The notes under the pieces: generated by a model
Databases searched by the model: none
The model's input: the letters and a program-made list of their open reading frames with translations, nothing else
What the model was told of the DNA's origin: nothing
Shown here: piece by piece, positions 28,190 through 43,779 of the stretch
How positions within the stretch are numbered: position 1 is the first letter of the stretch
Layout: each line of letters opens with the position of its first letter
Position numbers and translations under genes: made by a program
From: Octopus vulgaris
Lineage: Eukaryota
Direction of reading: 5' to 3'
DNA: 64,000 nt
NCBI GenBank assembly: GCA_951406725.2
Contig: OX597815.1
Coordinates: forward strand, 61,814,001-61,878,000

Positions 28190-28442
28190 CCTGTGAGTGT
28201 GCGCGCACGCACTTGTGTGTATGTATGCGTGTGTGGGTGAATGTATGCGTGCCTGTGTGTTTATCATCAGCTCGCATATGTTTCTATTTGTATGTGTATG
28301 TGTGTGTATGTGTGCGCGCGCGCACATGCGTGCTTTTCTGTATCTTTGTATGTATTCACTCGTCAGTACATTTGTATGTGCTTATTGTATGTACTTGTAC
28401 ATATTTATGTTTATGCGTGAGTGTGTGTGTGTGTGTGAGCGA

Positions 28443-28478
<36 letters not shown>

Positions 28479-28574
28479 GCATGCATGCCTGAGTTTGTGT
28501 GTGAGTGTATGCTTGTATATGTTTGTAATATGTATTATGGATTGTGTGTTTGTAAAAGTTGACACATACACAGA

Positions 28575-28713
28575 GGATGGGCTTCTTTCATTTTCTATTT
28601 ACTAAATTCACTCAGAAGGCTTTGGTTGACATGAGGCCGTAGTAGAAGACACTTGCTTACAGTGCCTTGCTGTGAGACTAAAACGCAGTACAATGTAGTG
28701 GAGAAACAAACGT

Positions 28714-28715
<2 letters not shown>
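28575..28715 (-). mobile_element. SINE family B, 5' fragment
   Basis: GGGCTTCTTTCA...GTAGAAGACACTTGC. Confidence 0.65.
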
Positions 28716-28769
<54 letters not shown>

Positions 28770-29600
28770 GTGTATACTAGATTATTGTTTTACTAGTATC
28801 AATCAGTACACGACGCCCATGCTGTGGCACTGCTTTTTGCACTCGCTACTATTTCAATCTGGTATATATTTTATCCGGATTGCTTCTGTTTGGTTGCACT
28901 TTCTGAAATTTTAAAATTACGGGTAATTTTTCAAATTTGGTGTATTGATGTAATTTTTCACCCTGAATCTCAGGACCTAATTCACTTGTTAGACAAAGGT
29001 TAAAAAAAAAAGTTACAGGGCTTTAACATTTGATAATTTTTACCCAGTCAAAAAATATGATTTGGAAGCTGTCATTTTGTGCGTGACTGCATGTGTTAAC
29101 TGTCAGCAATTGAAATATCGACGGAATTCTGCTTTACGCACGCCATATAACCCTTCAGAAAATTTTTACGAAATTGTATCCTACACACGGGAATTCATAT
29201 GATTATGCAAAAATCAAAAAAGAAATGGTGCGTGATTTAAGACCTATTTGGCTGTTATTTTTAGCACATCTCACTACCACCTCATACCTACCGTGTTTTA
29301 AGCATTTAATAAGCGAAAAAGACCATGTGGCTGGATAGCTTAGTAATAGCTTGGCTTGTTATTATGGAAATAGGCACCTATATGTTTGTGGCTTTCGATT
29401 GGCTAAAATTACCCCAAATTTGCAGACTTTAAAAGCTATTTGCTCTTTACTTATTGATTTATGGCGAAAATGAATTTCATGTCAATAATTACCATTCAGA
29501 ACTGCATCAATACATAAAATATAAAATCAGTATAAATGTATTCAGTGGTCGATAATTTCTCCCGAATCTATGAAAATATGAAGAACTATATCAATCAGTG

Positions 29601-29887
29601 TGGAGGCACATGGCCGAGTGGTTAGAGTAACAGACTCGCGGTCGAGGGATAACGGGTTCGAATCTCAGATCGGGCGATGTGTATGTTTATGAGCGAAACA
29701 CCTAAGCTCCACGCGGCTCCGGCAGAAGGTAATGGCGAACTTCTGCCGACTCTTTCGCCACAACTTTCTCTCACTCTTTCCTCCTGCATCTTGCAGCTCA
29801 CCTGCGACGGACCGGAAATCTATACGCCAAGAAAACCGGGAAACCGGCCCTTATGACCAAGCATGGTTCGAGAAAGAACAAACAAAC
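29601..29887 (+). mobile_element. tRNA-derived SINE (family A) with TSD
   Basis: TGGCCGAGTGG A-box, GGTTCGAATCT B-box. TSD ATATCAATCAGTG (29588-29600) / ATATTAATCAGTG (29888-29900). An empty-site version of the host repeat is at about 27568-27700. Confidence 0.9.
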
Positions 29888-30016
29888 ATATTAATCAGTG
29901 TATCTTTACCTTATCTATGTCGATAGGTTGTGATTTAATAGGTATTTGGCTATTACATCTGACATCAGATCATATGACAATTTACAACTTTCACCTGTGA
30001 AGTTGAATTTATAGAC

Positions 30017-30064
<48 letters not shown>

Positions 30065-31893
30065 TCATCTTTCTTTATATAAGAACTCGGAAGGTACATT
30101 AAAATACAATTTACGTTAAACACATAAATACAAGTTGAGTGGGATGAGATGCAGGGTACTGACGGATATGCAATTGAAGTAAATACAATTTTAATACGCA
30201 TTAAAAAACATAAATGACCTCGGGTATTGGTCAAAATAGTTTTATAAAACATATTCATTTAATACAACATTCAGTTTAACCACATACACGTAGATGAAAA
30301 GCCGATATCTGCGATATTCAGGGAACCACACCTTGTTGATGAAGCAACCTTTCTACTTCCTCTTTCTATTGTTTATAACTAGAGATTTCTAGCGCTTCTA
30401 AGAGGTGTTCTTAGGTTACAGCGGGCAAACGAGGACCCACTACCTGCGGATCTTTGACGTATAACCCCTGGTAATGTATTAAATTTCTACTAATAGTCTA
30501 TCTATTTTATGTCTATTTGAAGTGTGATCCCGTCTTCTTCTCGACTCGTACTTCTTCTGAAAAGCACAGACGTACTTTATATAGGTGTTTGTTACATACT
30601 TATTTTAGCCTTGCGAAGAGTTGAGGATTTTATTTCATTTGAAGAATGGGGCAGTTTATTTCTCACAGATGATAAACTCCCTTCTAAAAGTGAATGGTCG
30701 TAACTCAGCAGAGCGTGTCGCTTCCTCTCCGGATGTGTACTCCACTCATACTTTAAATTTTTTTTCTAATGTCTTTGGATTTTACGTTTCTTTTTTTATG
30801 TAAACGACTGTTGATCTTCGATTTTCGTCTTGTCCCCATCCTCATAAGTGGTTGAGGTGATATACCTGGAAGGGCTGCCTTCTGATAGTTTTATTTCAGC
30901 TGTTGTTAACTGTTGCTGTGATTAATTCCCATTAGTTTCACTGGTTGTGCTCAAGAGGTGAGGAGCTGTTTGGTCTCTTGGTTACCTCTAGAGATATTCC
31001 TAGTGACACCTTACGCTGTTGTGCCAGCTTGGGTCTAACAACATCCATGACTTGTTGTGATTTTTTACTATTAGGTTTTCTCGACAGAAAATTCGAAAAT
31101 AGTTTTTATTACTCCATATGTGTAGTAGTAGTTCGATTTGCTACCCAGGACCCTCAGTTTTAAGACCTTCCTTCACAGAGCTGTCAATAGTATTATTTTG
31201 CGGTTTAGTGGAGTCATAAGAACATGATGACCTCCACCCAATCACATATCGTCGAAACCTGTGTCTGCAATGACCACCTACTCATGCAGTGCCAGGAAAC
31301 TGAACTACAAGACAGAGATCGCTGGTTTCCTTAACTGTGATCCTTGTGTTTTCCTTTCCAAATATTGTGAGGCCAGTTCGAGTTAAGCAGAGTCTCGTAT
31401 GAGTTGGATTTGCATTATTTTCGGAGTTTTCTGTTTTTAAAATGACGCATACCACATACATATGGTTTAGATTCATCACAATTTCATTTCATAAAATATG
31501 TACATGTTGTTGATGTTACTGTTGTCAACAACATGTCTTTGTTTGAATGCTATATTCTGTTATCATTTTCTGTAATTTACTTGTTGGTATTAATATATTT
31601 TTTAACTTTTTGTTTGTTAAAAGCTTTACTTCATCCGCTGTTATTCTTTTGGGGGCTAGTTGTGGGTAGAACATGAAGCATTTATTTCATTGAAACTTGA
31701 CGTTAAAATATAAAAAGAAATAATAAAAAGACAAATCAAAACAAAGAAACGTGACTTTGTTGTCTAGTTCCGGTACAACGGAAGACATTCCAAAATGTTT
31801 AAATACAGATCCAGTTTGAAATATTTTCTAAAATCAAAATCGTCGAGAATTCTTGAAGCAAAATTTTAGCACGTCTGAACGATGTCAGCAGCA

Positions 31894-32250
<357 letters not shown>

Positions 32251-32486
32251 AGTAAAAATCTACACATGTTGTAGGTGGTACCAGTCGATTAATCGACTCC
32301 ATTACTTCACTGGTATTATTTTATTGACCCTCGAGGGGATTTTGATCTGAAGAACGTAAATGGACATAACTAAATTCCGAAAGACATTTAATCCGGTGCG
32401 CTACCATTTCCGACACTCACTGTTCCGATAAAAACAACAACAACATAATAACAACAATAACAATAATTATGATGATGATGATGATG

Positions 32487-32589
<103 letters not shown>

Positions 32590-32600
32590 TAATAATAACA

Positions 32601-32631
<31 letters not shown>

Positions 32632-33190
32632 CAACAACAACAACAACAACAATAATAATCATAAACAAAGAATCATAACAGCCAAAACCTCAAACAACAT
32701 CAAAAATTAAATTAACGACAGTAACAACAACAACATAACAATATTGATAATAATAACAATAATAAAAATAGGAAGGGAAATAAGAACAGCAGTAACAAGA
32801 ACAAAATGATCAACAAGAAAAAAAAAGAAGCAGAACCATATCATAGGCATCAATAACAACAATAGCAATAATAATAATAATAATAATATGGACAGCAACA
32901 ACAACAACAACAATAGGAATAACAGATATGACAAAGATATTAATAACGAAACCCACAACATTAAAAACAACATAACACCACCAACAAATAAAAAATTATA
33001 ATAATAATGATAACAACAACAATAAGAACGATATAAAAATGATAACAATAATAATAAGAAAAAGAACATCAAAACGTGATAATTTTTGGTTTAAAACAAA
33101 CCGAATAATCACTGATCATTACAATCTCTTGTACAAGAGGGGTAGACACACGTATACGCTCACACATACATACATACATACATACATACA

Positions 33191-33222
<32 letters not shown>

Positions 33223-33420
33223 CATATACATATACATATGCATGCGTACATACATACATATACATATGTACACACACACATATTCACGCGGAGATATATT
33301 CATACTTCCATACATTTACACTATACACACAGTGTGTATGTATGAGTTTATACACATACATACAAGAAGGTATATATATATATAGGTATATATATATTAT
33401 ATACATATATGTAGGTATGC

Positions 33421-33454
<34 letters not shown>

Positions 33455-33778
33455 ACATATGCGCGTGTACGTGTGTGCATGTGTGTATCTGTGTGTATAT
33501 CTGTGTGAGTGTGTGTATGTGTATGTGCATGTATGCATTCAACTACTCACACAAGTATAAATATAAAAAATTCTCGTATACGTATATTCATGCATGTAGG
33601 TATGAATATATGCATATGTATATGTATATGTATATATATATATATATACCTAATATATGTGTGCATACTTACACTCACACACATACACACATAAACAGTG
33701 AGAGAGAGAGGTGGGAAGAGAATGAAATAGATAATTTGATAGATATTTCTCTACATACATTTTCAGTGTATATATATG

Positions 33779-33861
<83 letters not shown>

Positions 33862-34000
33862 ATTAAATATATTCCTAATATGTGTTCACACACACATATA
33901 CATACATACACATATCACACACAGACACATACATGTATGTATATGAGTGTGTACATATGTGTATATATGTATGTATATCGTATATATACATGTGTGTGTG

Positions 34001-34038
<38 letters not shown>

Positions 34039-34923
34039 CTTATGTATTTGCATAAATGCACACATATTCATACATACATACATACATACATACATACATA
34101 CATACATACATGCATAACCATGTGTATATACATACTTGCGTGCATTTAGATACGTAATATATATGTATATGTGATCGTGCGTGTATATGCTTATATATAT
34201 ATATATATATATATATGCAGAGACACACTCACATCTGCACACGATTACATACATACACACAACTGTATAATGATTCTTCCCCAACCCACCTCCAATTATT
34301 GAACACACCGCGGGTCATAAGTAGGCCCATTCCTGATCATCGTTCGATTGGCAAATTCCGTGCTATCACTCATCTATATCAAAGAATTGGTTTGGAGATG
34401 GAGCGGGATAACTACCACCATCCACCACCAACCCTACCACCACCAACCCTACCACCACCACCACCACCACCACCACCACCACCACCACCACCACCACCAC
34501 CATTACCACCTCCACCACCACCACTATCACCACCATGACCACCACCATCACCGTCATGACTGCCACCATCTACACCACCAACGCCGCCGCTGCCACCGTC
34601 ACCCTCCCCACCATCATTACAATAGCTAATACCAGCATCACTACGCCTCCTACACTCCGCCACCATCTTTTTTCCTACCTCTTCCTCCACCACGTCCACC
34701 ACTACAACCACGACAGACCACTGATACAAGGACGTCTTCCACCATCATCCCTACCACCGCCACCACCGTCATCATCACACCCACCCCTCCCATACCCCAC
34801 CCCTCACCACCGTAGCCGCTACCATCACCTTCACAACCCTTACCGCTGAGAGTACTACCATTTTTACCATTAAAGTTATCAATCACGTTACAAAATCTCT
34901 ACCAACATCACCACCACCGCCAT

Positions 34924-34974
<51 letters not shown>

Positions 34975-35994
34975 AACAACAACAACAACCTAACTTCTTA
35001 TTGGAAATCTACCACAACCAACAACAGCACTGAAATCGCTAACATCAGGAAAACGTTGACGACGGCGATCACCACCACGACAAAATTCACCACAACAAAA
35101 TCCACCACCACCACCACAACCACCGCAACCACCACAACCACCATCATGACCACTGTCACTTCCGCCGTCTCCACCAGCGCCATTATTGCCAAAAGGGCGA
35201 CGACTGCCACCATCAACAGCAACTAAAGCAGCACAAAAAAAAATTCACCACCACCAACAACAACAACGTCACCAAGACCATACAGCTTTGCTACCACAAC
35301 CACCGTTACCATTGCTTTCGTCACCACGTTTTTCATCGAATGATACAACAACAACATCAACAACGTTCACACATCATAACCTCGTCTTTAACATTAGCGA
35401 TAAAAACAACAAAACTACCATGATCACAACAACGGCAATAACAACAACAGCAACATCAAAGGCGACACGAACATCGTTTCCATTGGTTATTCGTTCAAGT
35501 AAAAAAAAAGAACATAAATAAATAAACGAAACAGAAAAAGACAAAAAAATTACATAAAAACAACGCAAAAGAGAAATGGCTGCCAATTGGTTTGAAGATC
35601 TGGAATCATTTTTCTAAATCTGTGCTTACTCCCTCACAGAACACGACTGCTGATAGAGCTTCTAACGAGTTGTGCTTATTGATATAAATTGTTATTATTG
35701 TAGGCAGCTCTAAAGGGCGGTTATGCAGTAGAGGTTCTTGCAAGGGGTCGGTGGAGTGTTTTGACAATACAAGTTCAAATCTCACCAAGCACAGCTTTTG
35801 CTTTCCATCCTCTCAGGTTCCATAAAATAGTCATCCAAAAGCGATTTGATCCGACTAAATCCTTTTCTTGACAATTTGTTGCTTTAATCATGCCTAACTA
35901 AAAAAATATTATGCCGAAGCTGGGATTAGTAGAAGCTGGGATTAGTAGAGGCCGGGATTAGTAGAGTATATACAACGTTTTTAGTTCAAATACC

Positions 35995-36227
35995 TATTTC
36001 TTTATTACCCACAAGGGGCCAAACACAGAGGGGACAAACAAGGACAGACATAGGTATTAAGTCGATTACATCGACCCCAGTGCGTAACTGGAACTTAATT
36101 TATCGAACCCGAAAGGATTAAAGGCAAAGTCGACCTCGGCGGAATTTGAACTCACAACGTAACGGCAGCCGAAATACCGCTAAGCATTTCGCCCGACGTG
36201 CTAACGTTTCTGCCAGCTCGCCGCCTT
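35995..36227 (-). mobile_element. SINE
   Basis: Reverse complement GGCGGCGAGCTGGCAGAAACGTTAGCACG...GAGTTCAAATTCCGCCGAGGTCGACTTTGCCTT; well preserved. Confidence 0.8.
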
Positions 36228-36299
36228 AGTTCAAATTTAGTTCAAATACCGCTACATATATACGCACGCGCGCGCACCTACACACAAATGTATGTATAT

Positions 36300-36444
36300 A
36301 GGCGTCGTTGTGTGATAAGAAGTTTGCTTCCCAACCACATGGTTCCGGGTTCAGTCCCACTAAGTTACACCTTAGGTAAGTGAATTGTATAGCCTCGGAC
36401 CGACCAAAGTGGATTTGGAAGGCGGAAATGGAAAGAAGTGCGTC

Positions 36445-36506
<62 letters not shown>

Positions 36507-36670
36507 TGTGTGTGTGTGTCTGTGTGTATGTGTGTGTTTGTCTTCTCGCCACAGCTTGACAACCGGTGTTGGTGTATTTACATCCCCGTAACATTAGCGG
36601 TTCAGCAAAAGAGACCAATGGATTAAGTTCAGGATTTACAAAAAAAAAAAAAGTAAGTACTAGGGTCGAT
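36300..36670 (+). mobile_element. SINE family B
   Basis: Matches the 21078 copy. Confidence 0.85.
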
Positions 36671-37029
36671 AAAAATTCTGCACTGAATCAAATAAAACAT
36701 AACACACACACACATACACACACACACATACACACGCACATATACCCACACACATACATGCACAGATATCTATCTATCTACCTATCTATCTGTCTTTACT
36801 CTTTTACTTGTTTCAGTCATTTGACTGTGGCCATGCTGGAGCACCGCCTTTAGTCAAGCAAATCAACCCCAGGACTTATTCTTTGTAAGCCTAGTACTTA
36901 TTCTATCGGGCTCCTTTGCCGAACCGCTAAGCTACGGGGACACCAGCATCGGTTGTCAAGCGATGTTGGGAGGACAAACACAGACACGCAAACATACACA
37001 CACACACACACACACGCACACACACACAT

Positions 37030-37099
<70 letters not shown>

Positions 37100-37109
<10 letters not shown>

Positions 37110-37874
37110 GTATATAAGTAAAAGGGCAGGCAACAGGTTGCTCTGCCGCATACCGAAAGAATTAGCAGTCAGAGACTGTTTAATTCCATTTTCTACAAGT
37201 GGGGGCTCCATATACGACATAACCCTGCAATTCACATACGCGAAATCGGAGTACCGAAATTTACCGGTAAATAATTGTTGGTTGTCTAAAAAACCATCCC
37301 AAAAAATTATTTACCCTTTTATTATATTACCAATTGGATTTTTACTCCATTACGACTATCCCAGTGGTGCGCATGGCAGAATTTTTGGAGGGAAAATTGA
37401 AGGTCTCGGTCGTTTACTTAGTTTTAACCTATGCACACTCCCCCCCACTATCTGATGACGCCTGATCAGAGGTGGAGGCTAGTGGCATTTGATAAATCTA
37501 ACGAAGATGGTGCTGACGAAAGACTTTAGGCAATTTCTCGCCTACGATCTAGAAACATGTTCACCATTAACGGTAAAAGATTGTTTTCCTTTATTTGCTA
37601 CTCCGATTTTGCGTATGTGAATCGCAGGGTTATGTCGTATATGGAGCCTCCACTTGTAGAAAATGGAATTAAACAGTCTCTGACTGCCATTTCTAATTCT
37701 TTCGGTATGCGGCAGAGCAACCTGTTGCCTGCCCTTTTACTTATATACTACTATATATACTGAACTCTACAGAAGTTCCCGACGCTAAAAGTCATATTTA
37801 CATACCGAAATTTACCGGTAAATAATTGTTGGTTGTCTAAAAAACCATCGAAAAAAAATTATTTACCCTTTTAT

Positions 37875-37880
<6 letters not shown>
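37100..37880 (+). mobile_element. Non-coding PLE-type / retrozyme-like element
   Basis: Inverted repeat 37100-37253 / 37599-37759, direct repeat about 37252-37325 / 37803-37877, internal hammerhead ribozyme. Confidence 0.75.
37507..37567 (+). ncRNA. Type I hammerhead ribozyme
   Basis: ATGGTG [CTGACGA] aAGA..TAGGC-loop-GCCTA..TCTa [GAAA] C AT G TT CACCAT. Perfect 6-bp stem I, palindromic stem III ACATGT, GUU cleavage triplet; first pair of stem II is A-A. Confidence 0.75.
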
Positions 37881-37947
<67 letters not shown>

Positions 37948-38586
37948 TACGATGGGCTTCTTTCAGTTTCCTTCGACCAAATCCACTCACAAAGGTTTGG
38001 TCGGCCCGAGGCTATAGTAGAAGACACGGGACTGAACCCGGAACCATATGGTTGATAAGCAAGCTACTTACCACACAGCCACTCCTACGCCTATATATTT
38101 ATACATACGAACACAAAAACAGAGAGAGAGAGAGCAATATAGGCTTTGTCTCCACCTCTAAAGGATGTATCATAATTACCAAGTTTTCGAAAAAGAGTTT
38201 TTTTTTTACTGTAAACAAGGGATTACGAATACCTTGGTTTAGAGCCTTCGCTTGTAGCATTGGAATGACCAGTAACTTGTATTGGTGTGATGACCAGTTC
38301 TTTGGATTAATGTTAGTCTTCTCAAATTACATTACTGGACACGACAAACAAAATAGTATTCCATGGTCTTGTTCGGCCAAAGCTTAAAAAGGGACTAATT
38401 CATATCACTGTGTTATTCCATTGGTTAATTTTTATTTAAATTGTGTGTATGTATGTATACTTACATACCTACGCGCGCACACACACACACATTCAACTGT
38501 TCTGTTCAATGCTGAGACATTTCCCAACATATGTAATTATTAGTAGCACTTGACATATTGTGTCATTTAAATAAATAAATAAACAG

Positions 38587-38635
<49 letters not shown>

Positions 38636-38639
<4 letters not shown>

Positions 38640-39035
38640 CCTTTACATGCTTCTGTCATTAGACTGCGGCCATGCTGGGACACTGCTTTCAAGTTTTGTA
38701 GTCGAACGCATCGATCCCAGCACATAACAGTTTAAAGATTGATGTTCATTCTATCGGTCTCTTTTGCTGAAACGTTAAGTTACAGGGATGTATTCACACC
38801 ATCATCAGTTATCAAGCGCTGATGAAGGACAAGCACTCACACACACACACACGCACACACATGTATGTATATATACGTCGGTCTTCTTTCAGTTTCCGTC
38901 TACCGAATCCACTCAAAAGGCTATGGTCAGCCCGAGGCTATAGTATACGAGACTCACCCAAGGTGTCACACAGTAGGACAGTTCTCGGAATTGTGTGGTT
39001 GGAAAGCAAGCTTCTTATCACACAGCCACGCGTAT
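38636..39035 (-). mobile_element. SINE family B
   Basis: Matches the 21078 copy in reverse. Confidence 0.8.
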
Positions 39036-39839
39036 TGGGAAGCAATTTTGTCTTCAAGAACATCTGTAATAATACACTTGCACAATCAAGACCGTCGTGG
39101 CGACATCATTGTGCAAGTGTATTAGTATAAATGTTCCAGCTTTAAATTTCCCCGACTACCAACTTTTTGCCACACATTCTCGATAGGGCTAAATTATTTT
39201 ATATATATTCGTTTTCTACGTCACTGGATGTTATGTCAGGGATAGATCATTATTTTTAGACATGTAAATTGAACCATCTACTAGGTAGCTTAATTTGATT
39301 ATTTGTGCTTTTGATCATTGTTCATTAATTAATCAGTATTAATTATGAACCAGTATTAATTCATGAACCAGAAAGAATAAAATATATTCAAACATTTACA
39401 GGCCTAGTTGTGATGAGAAACTATAATAATGTAAAAAATATCCTTATGTGCATTTGATGTGCAGAAAAAGGAGTCTCCTGAGGGACCGTTTTCTGGTTAG
39501 TTAGCCGCTCCTCAGAGGAGATGTTTCGCTTCCCGTCCCTTGAATCAATAAAATTTAATACTTATTTGCTATGTAAGCTCTCACCGTAGTGGATAGTTGA
39601 CAGGCAGAATAGGGCTTTTGACAGCCTTTCATTAGTTATGCAATATATATTTCATTCACTGTACTGCGTGAAAGAAGTATAAAAATTTACACAGTAACAA
39701 GTATGTACGTATATAAGTATATATGTAAACGTATGTATAGTTTATATTTGCATGTGTGTTTAAGAAATTTAACAAATCGCAAGGGAACAGCAAATTATGT
39801 AATGAACTATATATTATGAGTATATATATATATGTATCT

Positions 39840-40553
39840 TTTATTTTTTACTTCTTTCAATCATTAGACTGCGGCCATGCTGTGGGACCACGTTGAAGGA
39901 TTTTAGTACAAGTTGACCACATGACTTTTTGTAAGCTCAGTACTTATTCTATCAGTCTCTTTGCCGCAGTACTAAGTTACGGAGACGTAAAAACACCAAC
40001 ACCAGTTGTAAAGCAGTGATGGGGGACAAACACAGACACAAAGAAACACACATATACACACACACACACGCAAGACAGGCTTCTTTCAGTTTACGTCTTG
40101 CAAATCCACTCAAAGGGCTTTGGCTGGTCCGAGGTTATTGTAGAAGACACTTGCCCAAAGTGCCACGCAGTGGGACTGAACCCGGAACCGTGTGGTTGGG
40201 AAGTAAGCTTCTTACTACACAGTCACGCCTGCGCTTATACGTATCTTTTAGCTGTTACTTTTTTTACTCATTAGACTGCGGCCATGCTGGGGCACCGCCT
40301 TGAAGAATTTTACTCCAATAAATCGATCCCAGTTTTTTTTATAACTTGGTCCTTGTTCTTCGGTCCTTTTTGTTGAATTGCTAAGTTACAGGGACCTATA
40401 CATACCAACAACGGCTATCAAACGGTGGCATGGGACAAAAACAGACTCATGGTCACACACATAAATACATGCATTTGCCCGTTGTGCCTCGCAGTGGGAC
40501 TGAAGCCGGAATAATGTTGTTGGGAATCGAACATCTCACCACACAGCCACGCG
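39840..40553 (-). mobile_element. Two adjacent SINE family B copies
   Basis: 39840-40235 and 40245-40553, each with the CATTAGACTGCGGCCATGCTG tail and the head. Confidence 0.8.
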
Positions 40554-40646
<93 letters not shown>

Positions 40647-40670
40647 TACAGACAGACAGATAGAAAGATT

Positions 40671-40735
<65 letters not shown>

Positions 40736-42035
40736 GTGTTACCTATATTTGCCATTACTCAAAGTTTATTCTTTGTCACACCTCTCGTAAGTCGTTCACT
40801 ATTTGATATTCTTTTTATATTCTTTCTTATTTTATCCAATGTTCTTTATGTCTTAGCCATAAACACTAATTTTTCTCGGTATTGTTTTTGTAAAATTGAT
40901 AGTTTTAAATACTTGCTGTGCCTAATATTTTCTAATTATCCGTCTGTTTATGTATACTAGTTTCATCCTGTCTCATTCATCTTATACCGTCCTGTCTTCA
41001 TGACACATTCCCTAATAGCACTTGCTATAAATTTACAGGCAATCTGAAGCGAGTCGTTGTGCTGTTAAAGAACTGAAATCGTTTTGACTTTCAGTCAAAA
41101 GCTGGCGTGGTGACAGCATCCATGTTTGTGGTTTTCCTTGTCCTGTGCATTTTACTAGTGCTCTGTACTTAACTTCACTTCTCTCTCCATTTTCTCTCTC
41201 CTTTATTTCTCCCTTCCCATTCACTCACTATTACAAACATTGGCACACAAACACATACACTCTCATATACTTATGTGCATACACAGTCACCTTATAATGT
41301 AGTCGCTGATTTGTGCCTATGAAATTCTAGGGTTAAGTCAGCATCAACTTGTAAATAAAAGTTCTTTACTCTTTTACATGTGTTGAGTGCTACTTTCGTT
41401 CGTTCACTTACATGTATACATGCATATGTATGTGCATGTATATATTTATAAATATATAAATATATGTGTGTGTATATATGTATATATATATGTACACACA
41501 CACACACGCACACACACACGTATGTATGTATGTATGTATGTATGTATGTATGTATGTATGTATGTATGTATGTATGTATGTATGTATATCTGTGTATGTG
41601 TGTATACGTATATACACGTATATATAGTCAGACATATACATCACACATCTACATTCACAGCTGCCATTGTTGTCGGCTATTATGTCGCTGCATCAACTAA
41701 AATATCTCCACCTACTTGACACAGTCCTGCTTCACAACCAAAGACAGACGCACATATCCACACGGTACAAGCACACATACACATAAATGAGCGCACACGA
41801 AAGACATAAACAAACACCTACAAACACCTATAGATATAAACACATCCTGCACATAAAATAGTACAGAAATAAACATGCACACATAACAGTCGCACCTCGT
41901 TTCCACGCTGCGCCCCGTCATCGCGTTGTTGTAAAATTGTCATTTACTTACTGTTTCTCTTGCACGCATATGCACTCACACACACATACACACACACACA
42001 CACGCAGACGCATTCACACACAGACACAGACACAG

Positions 42036-42066
<31 letters not shown>

Positions 42067-42379
42067 GACACGCACACACACACGCGCCTATATACACACG
42101 CACACATCCAATTATATTTACTGGAAGAAGTATAGCAATTCCGAGAACAAGAAACAATAACCGCAACAAGGGCATTATTGTCAACGCTAGCGCCACCACC
42201 ATCACCATCACTATCACCATCACCACCGTTACTACTATTACTACTATTGCTGTTGCTGCTGAATGTTTTGCCCCAAGGACGACAACAATACGGAAATACT
42301 GGAGAACGATAACGACCAAACCTTTCTAAAGTTATTGTCGTACAAATGTGTATATATCGGGCGAGAGAGACAGAAAGGG

Positions 42380-42449
<70 letters not shown>

Positions 42450-43779
42450 GTCAGTAAAATGATTGATAAATAGATAACCCACAATAGACTAACAAGAAGA
42501 TATTACATTATATCGCATACACACACACAAGCACACACACGTATGCATACAGACACCTACACATACCTACATTCATACATACATACATACATACATACAT
42601 ACATACATACATACATACATACATACATACATACATACATACATACATGCATATATATATATATGCATGTACGCCTTCATGAATCCATCTATACATGCAT
42701 GCATATATGCATGCATTCGTTCATCAATACATCTATTCATGTATACATACATATACATACTCACCTTTATATGGAACCATACCACCATTCATACATATGT
42801 ACATACACCTATACATATATATACATATAATATGTATGAATACATGCATCTTTGCATACTTGGAAATGTAATGAAGAAAACAATAAGAAAAAGAGAAAGG
42901 TCAGGAGGGCAAGTTTTAACAAATATAATAATAATCTAACACTTAAAAATGAAGAGAAAGATTGTAGACGCTTCGGATGTTAGTTTTTCATCAGAAGGCA
43001 AGCATAAGAATGAGAAATACATTTACACACGCATACAAACATTCATACATATATATTTATATATAAACATGCGTACTTTCACACATACATGAAAACATAC
43101 ATAAATATAGACTACAACATGGTCCAGATAGAAATCTCGATGGATTAAAATAACTATTGCAAGCACGAAACGAATTAGAATATCAATGGAAATAGTACAG
43201 GGTGACAAAGTGTCTCTAATGTTGTTTGTATTGGTAGCGACCAGCTTCTCAATCCTGTTGATGACAAATGTCGAGGCTACATGTTAGGATCTGCAAGGAA
43301 TACATTCTTTCTTGTCAACGAGTACCTTTTTGGTTTATAGCCGTAATATTTATGAACACCAAGAGACATTTAGAAATGGTTATAGTATTCTAATATCAGA
43401 ACAATTTTTCGTATTGGATAATGAAGCGAGCGAAGATTGTCGACCAGGCAAAGTACATGGATATCAATGCTCTGTTTATCTCTCCTGTCACTTGTATGAA
43501 AAGGAACGCCGGAGAAAGTTGCGATTTTCGACCATCAAAACTTATTCTTTCCATACACAAAAAGCAAATACTGTTGTTACTAAAATCCCGAGAGAGTTTA
43601 AATGTTATTGTTCTTGGCATAATTGTAATGATCGTCAAAAAGTTAGCTGCTGGTCGTTGTGCTGCTCTTGACCATCGTTCATTGTGGTTGTTGCCAGCAG
43701 CCGTCTGCATCTGTTCGCCGCTCATCTGCCGCATCGTCTCTCAATACTCTCTCTGATGCACCCTAATGCTCACTGTCAT

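Larger units (their letters stand above)
36795..38092 (-). mobile_element. SINE family B interrupted at its internal (TA)n by the 37100-37880 element
   Basis: 3' half at 36795-37000, 5' half at 37945-38092. Confidence 0.85.

Noticed and set aside
28790-29535. Possible MITE or Helitron end
   Set aside because: Only short, weak inverted matches; boundaries could not be defined.
29601-29675. Possible tRNA gene
   Set aside because: It is the head of a SINE with body, tail and TSD.
30260-31480. Possible LINE ORF1 remnant on the minus strand
   Set aside because: No motif could be identified with confidence.
35916-35966. GAAGCTGGGATTAGTA x3, possible CRISPR-like array
   Set aside because: No spacers; a simple tandem duplication in eukaryotic DNA. 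The same applies to 3190-3237.
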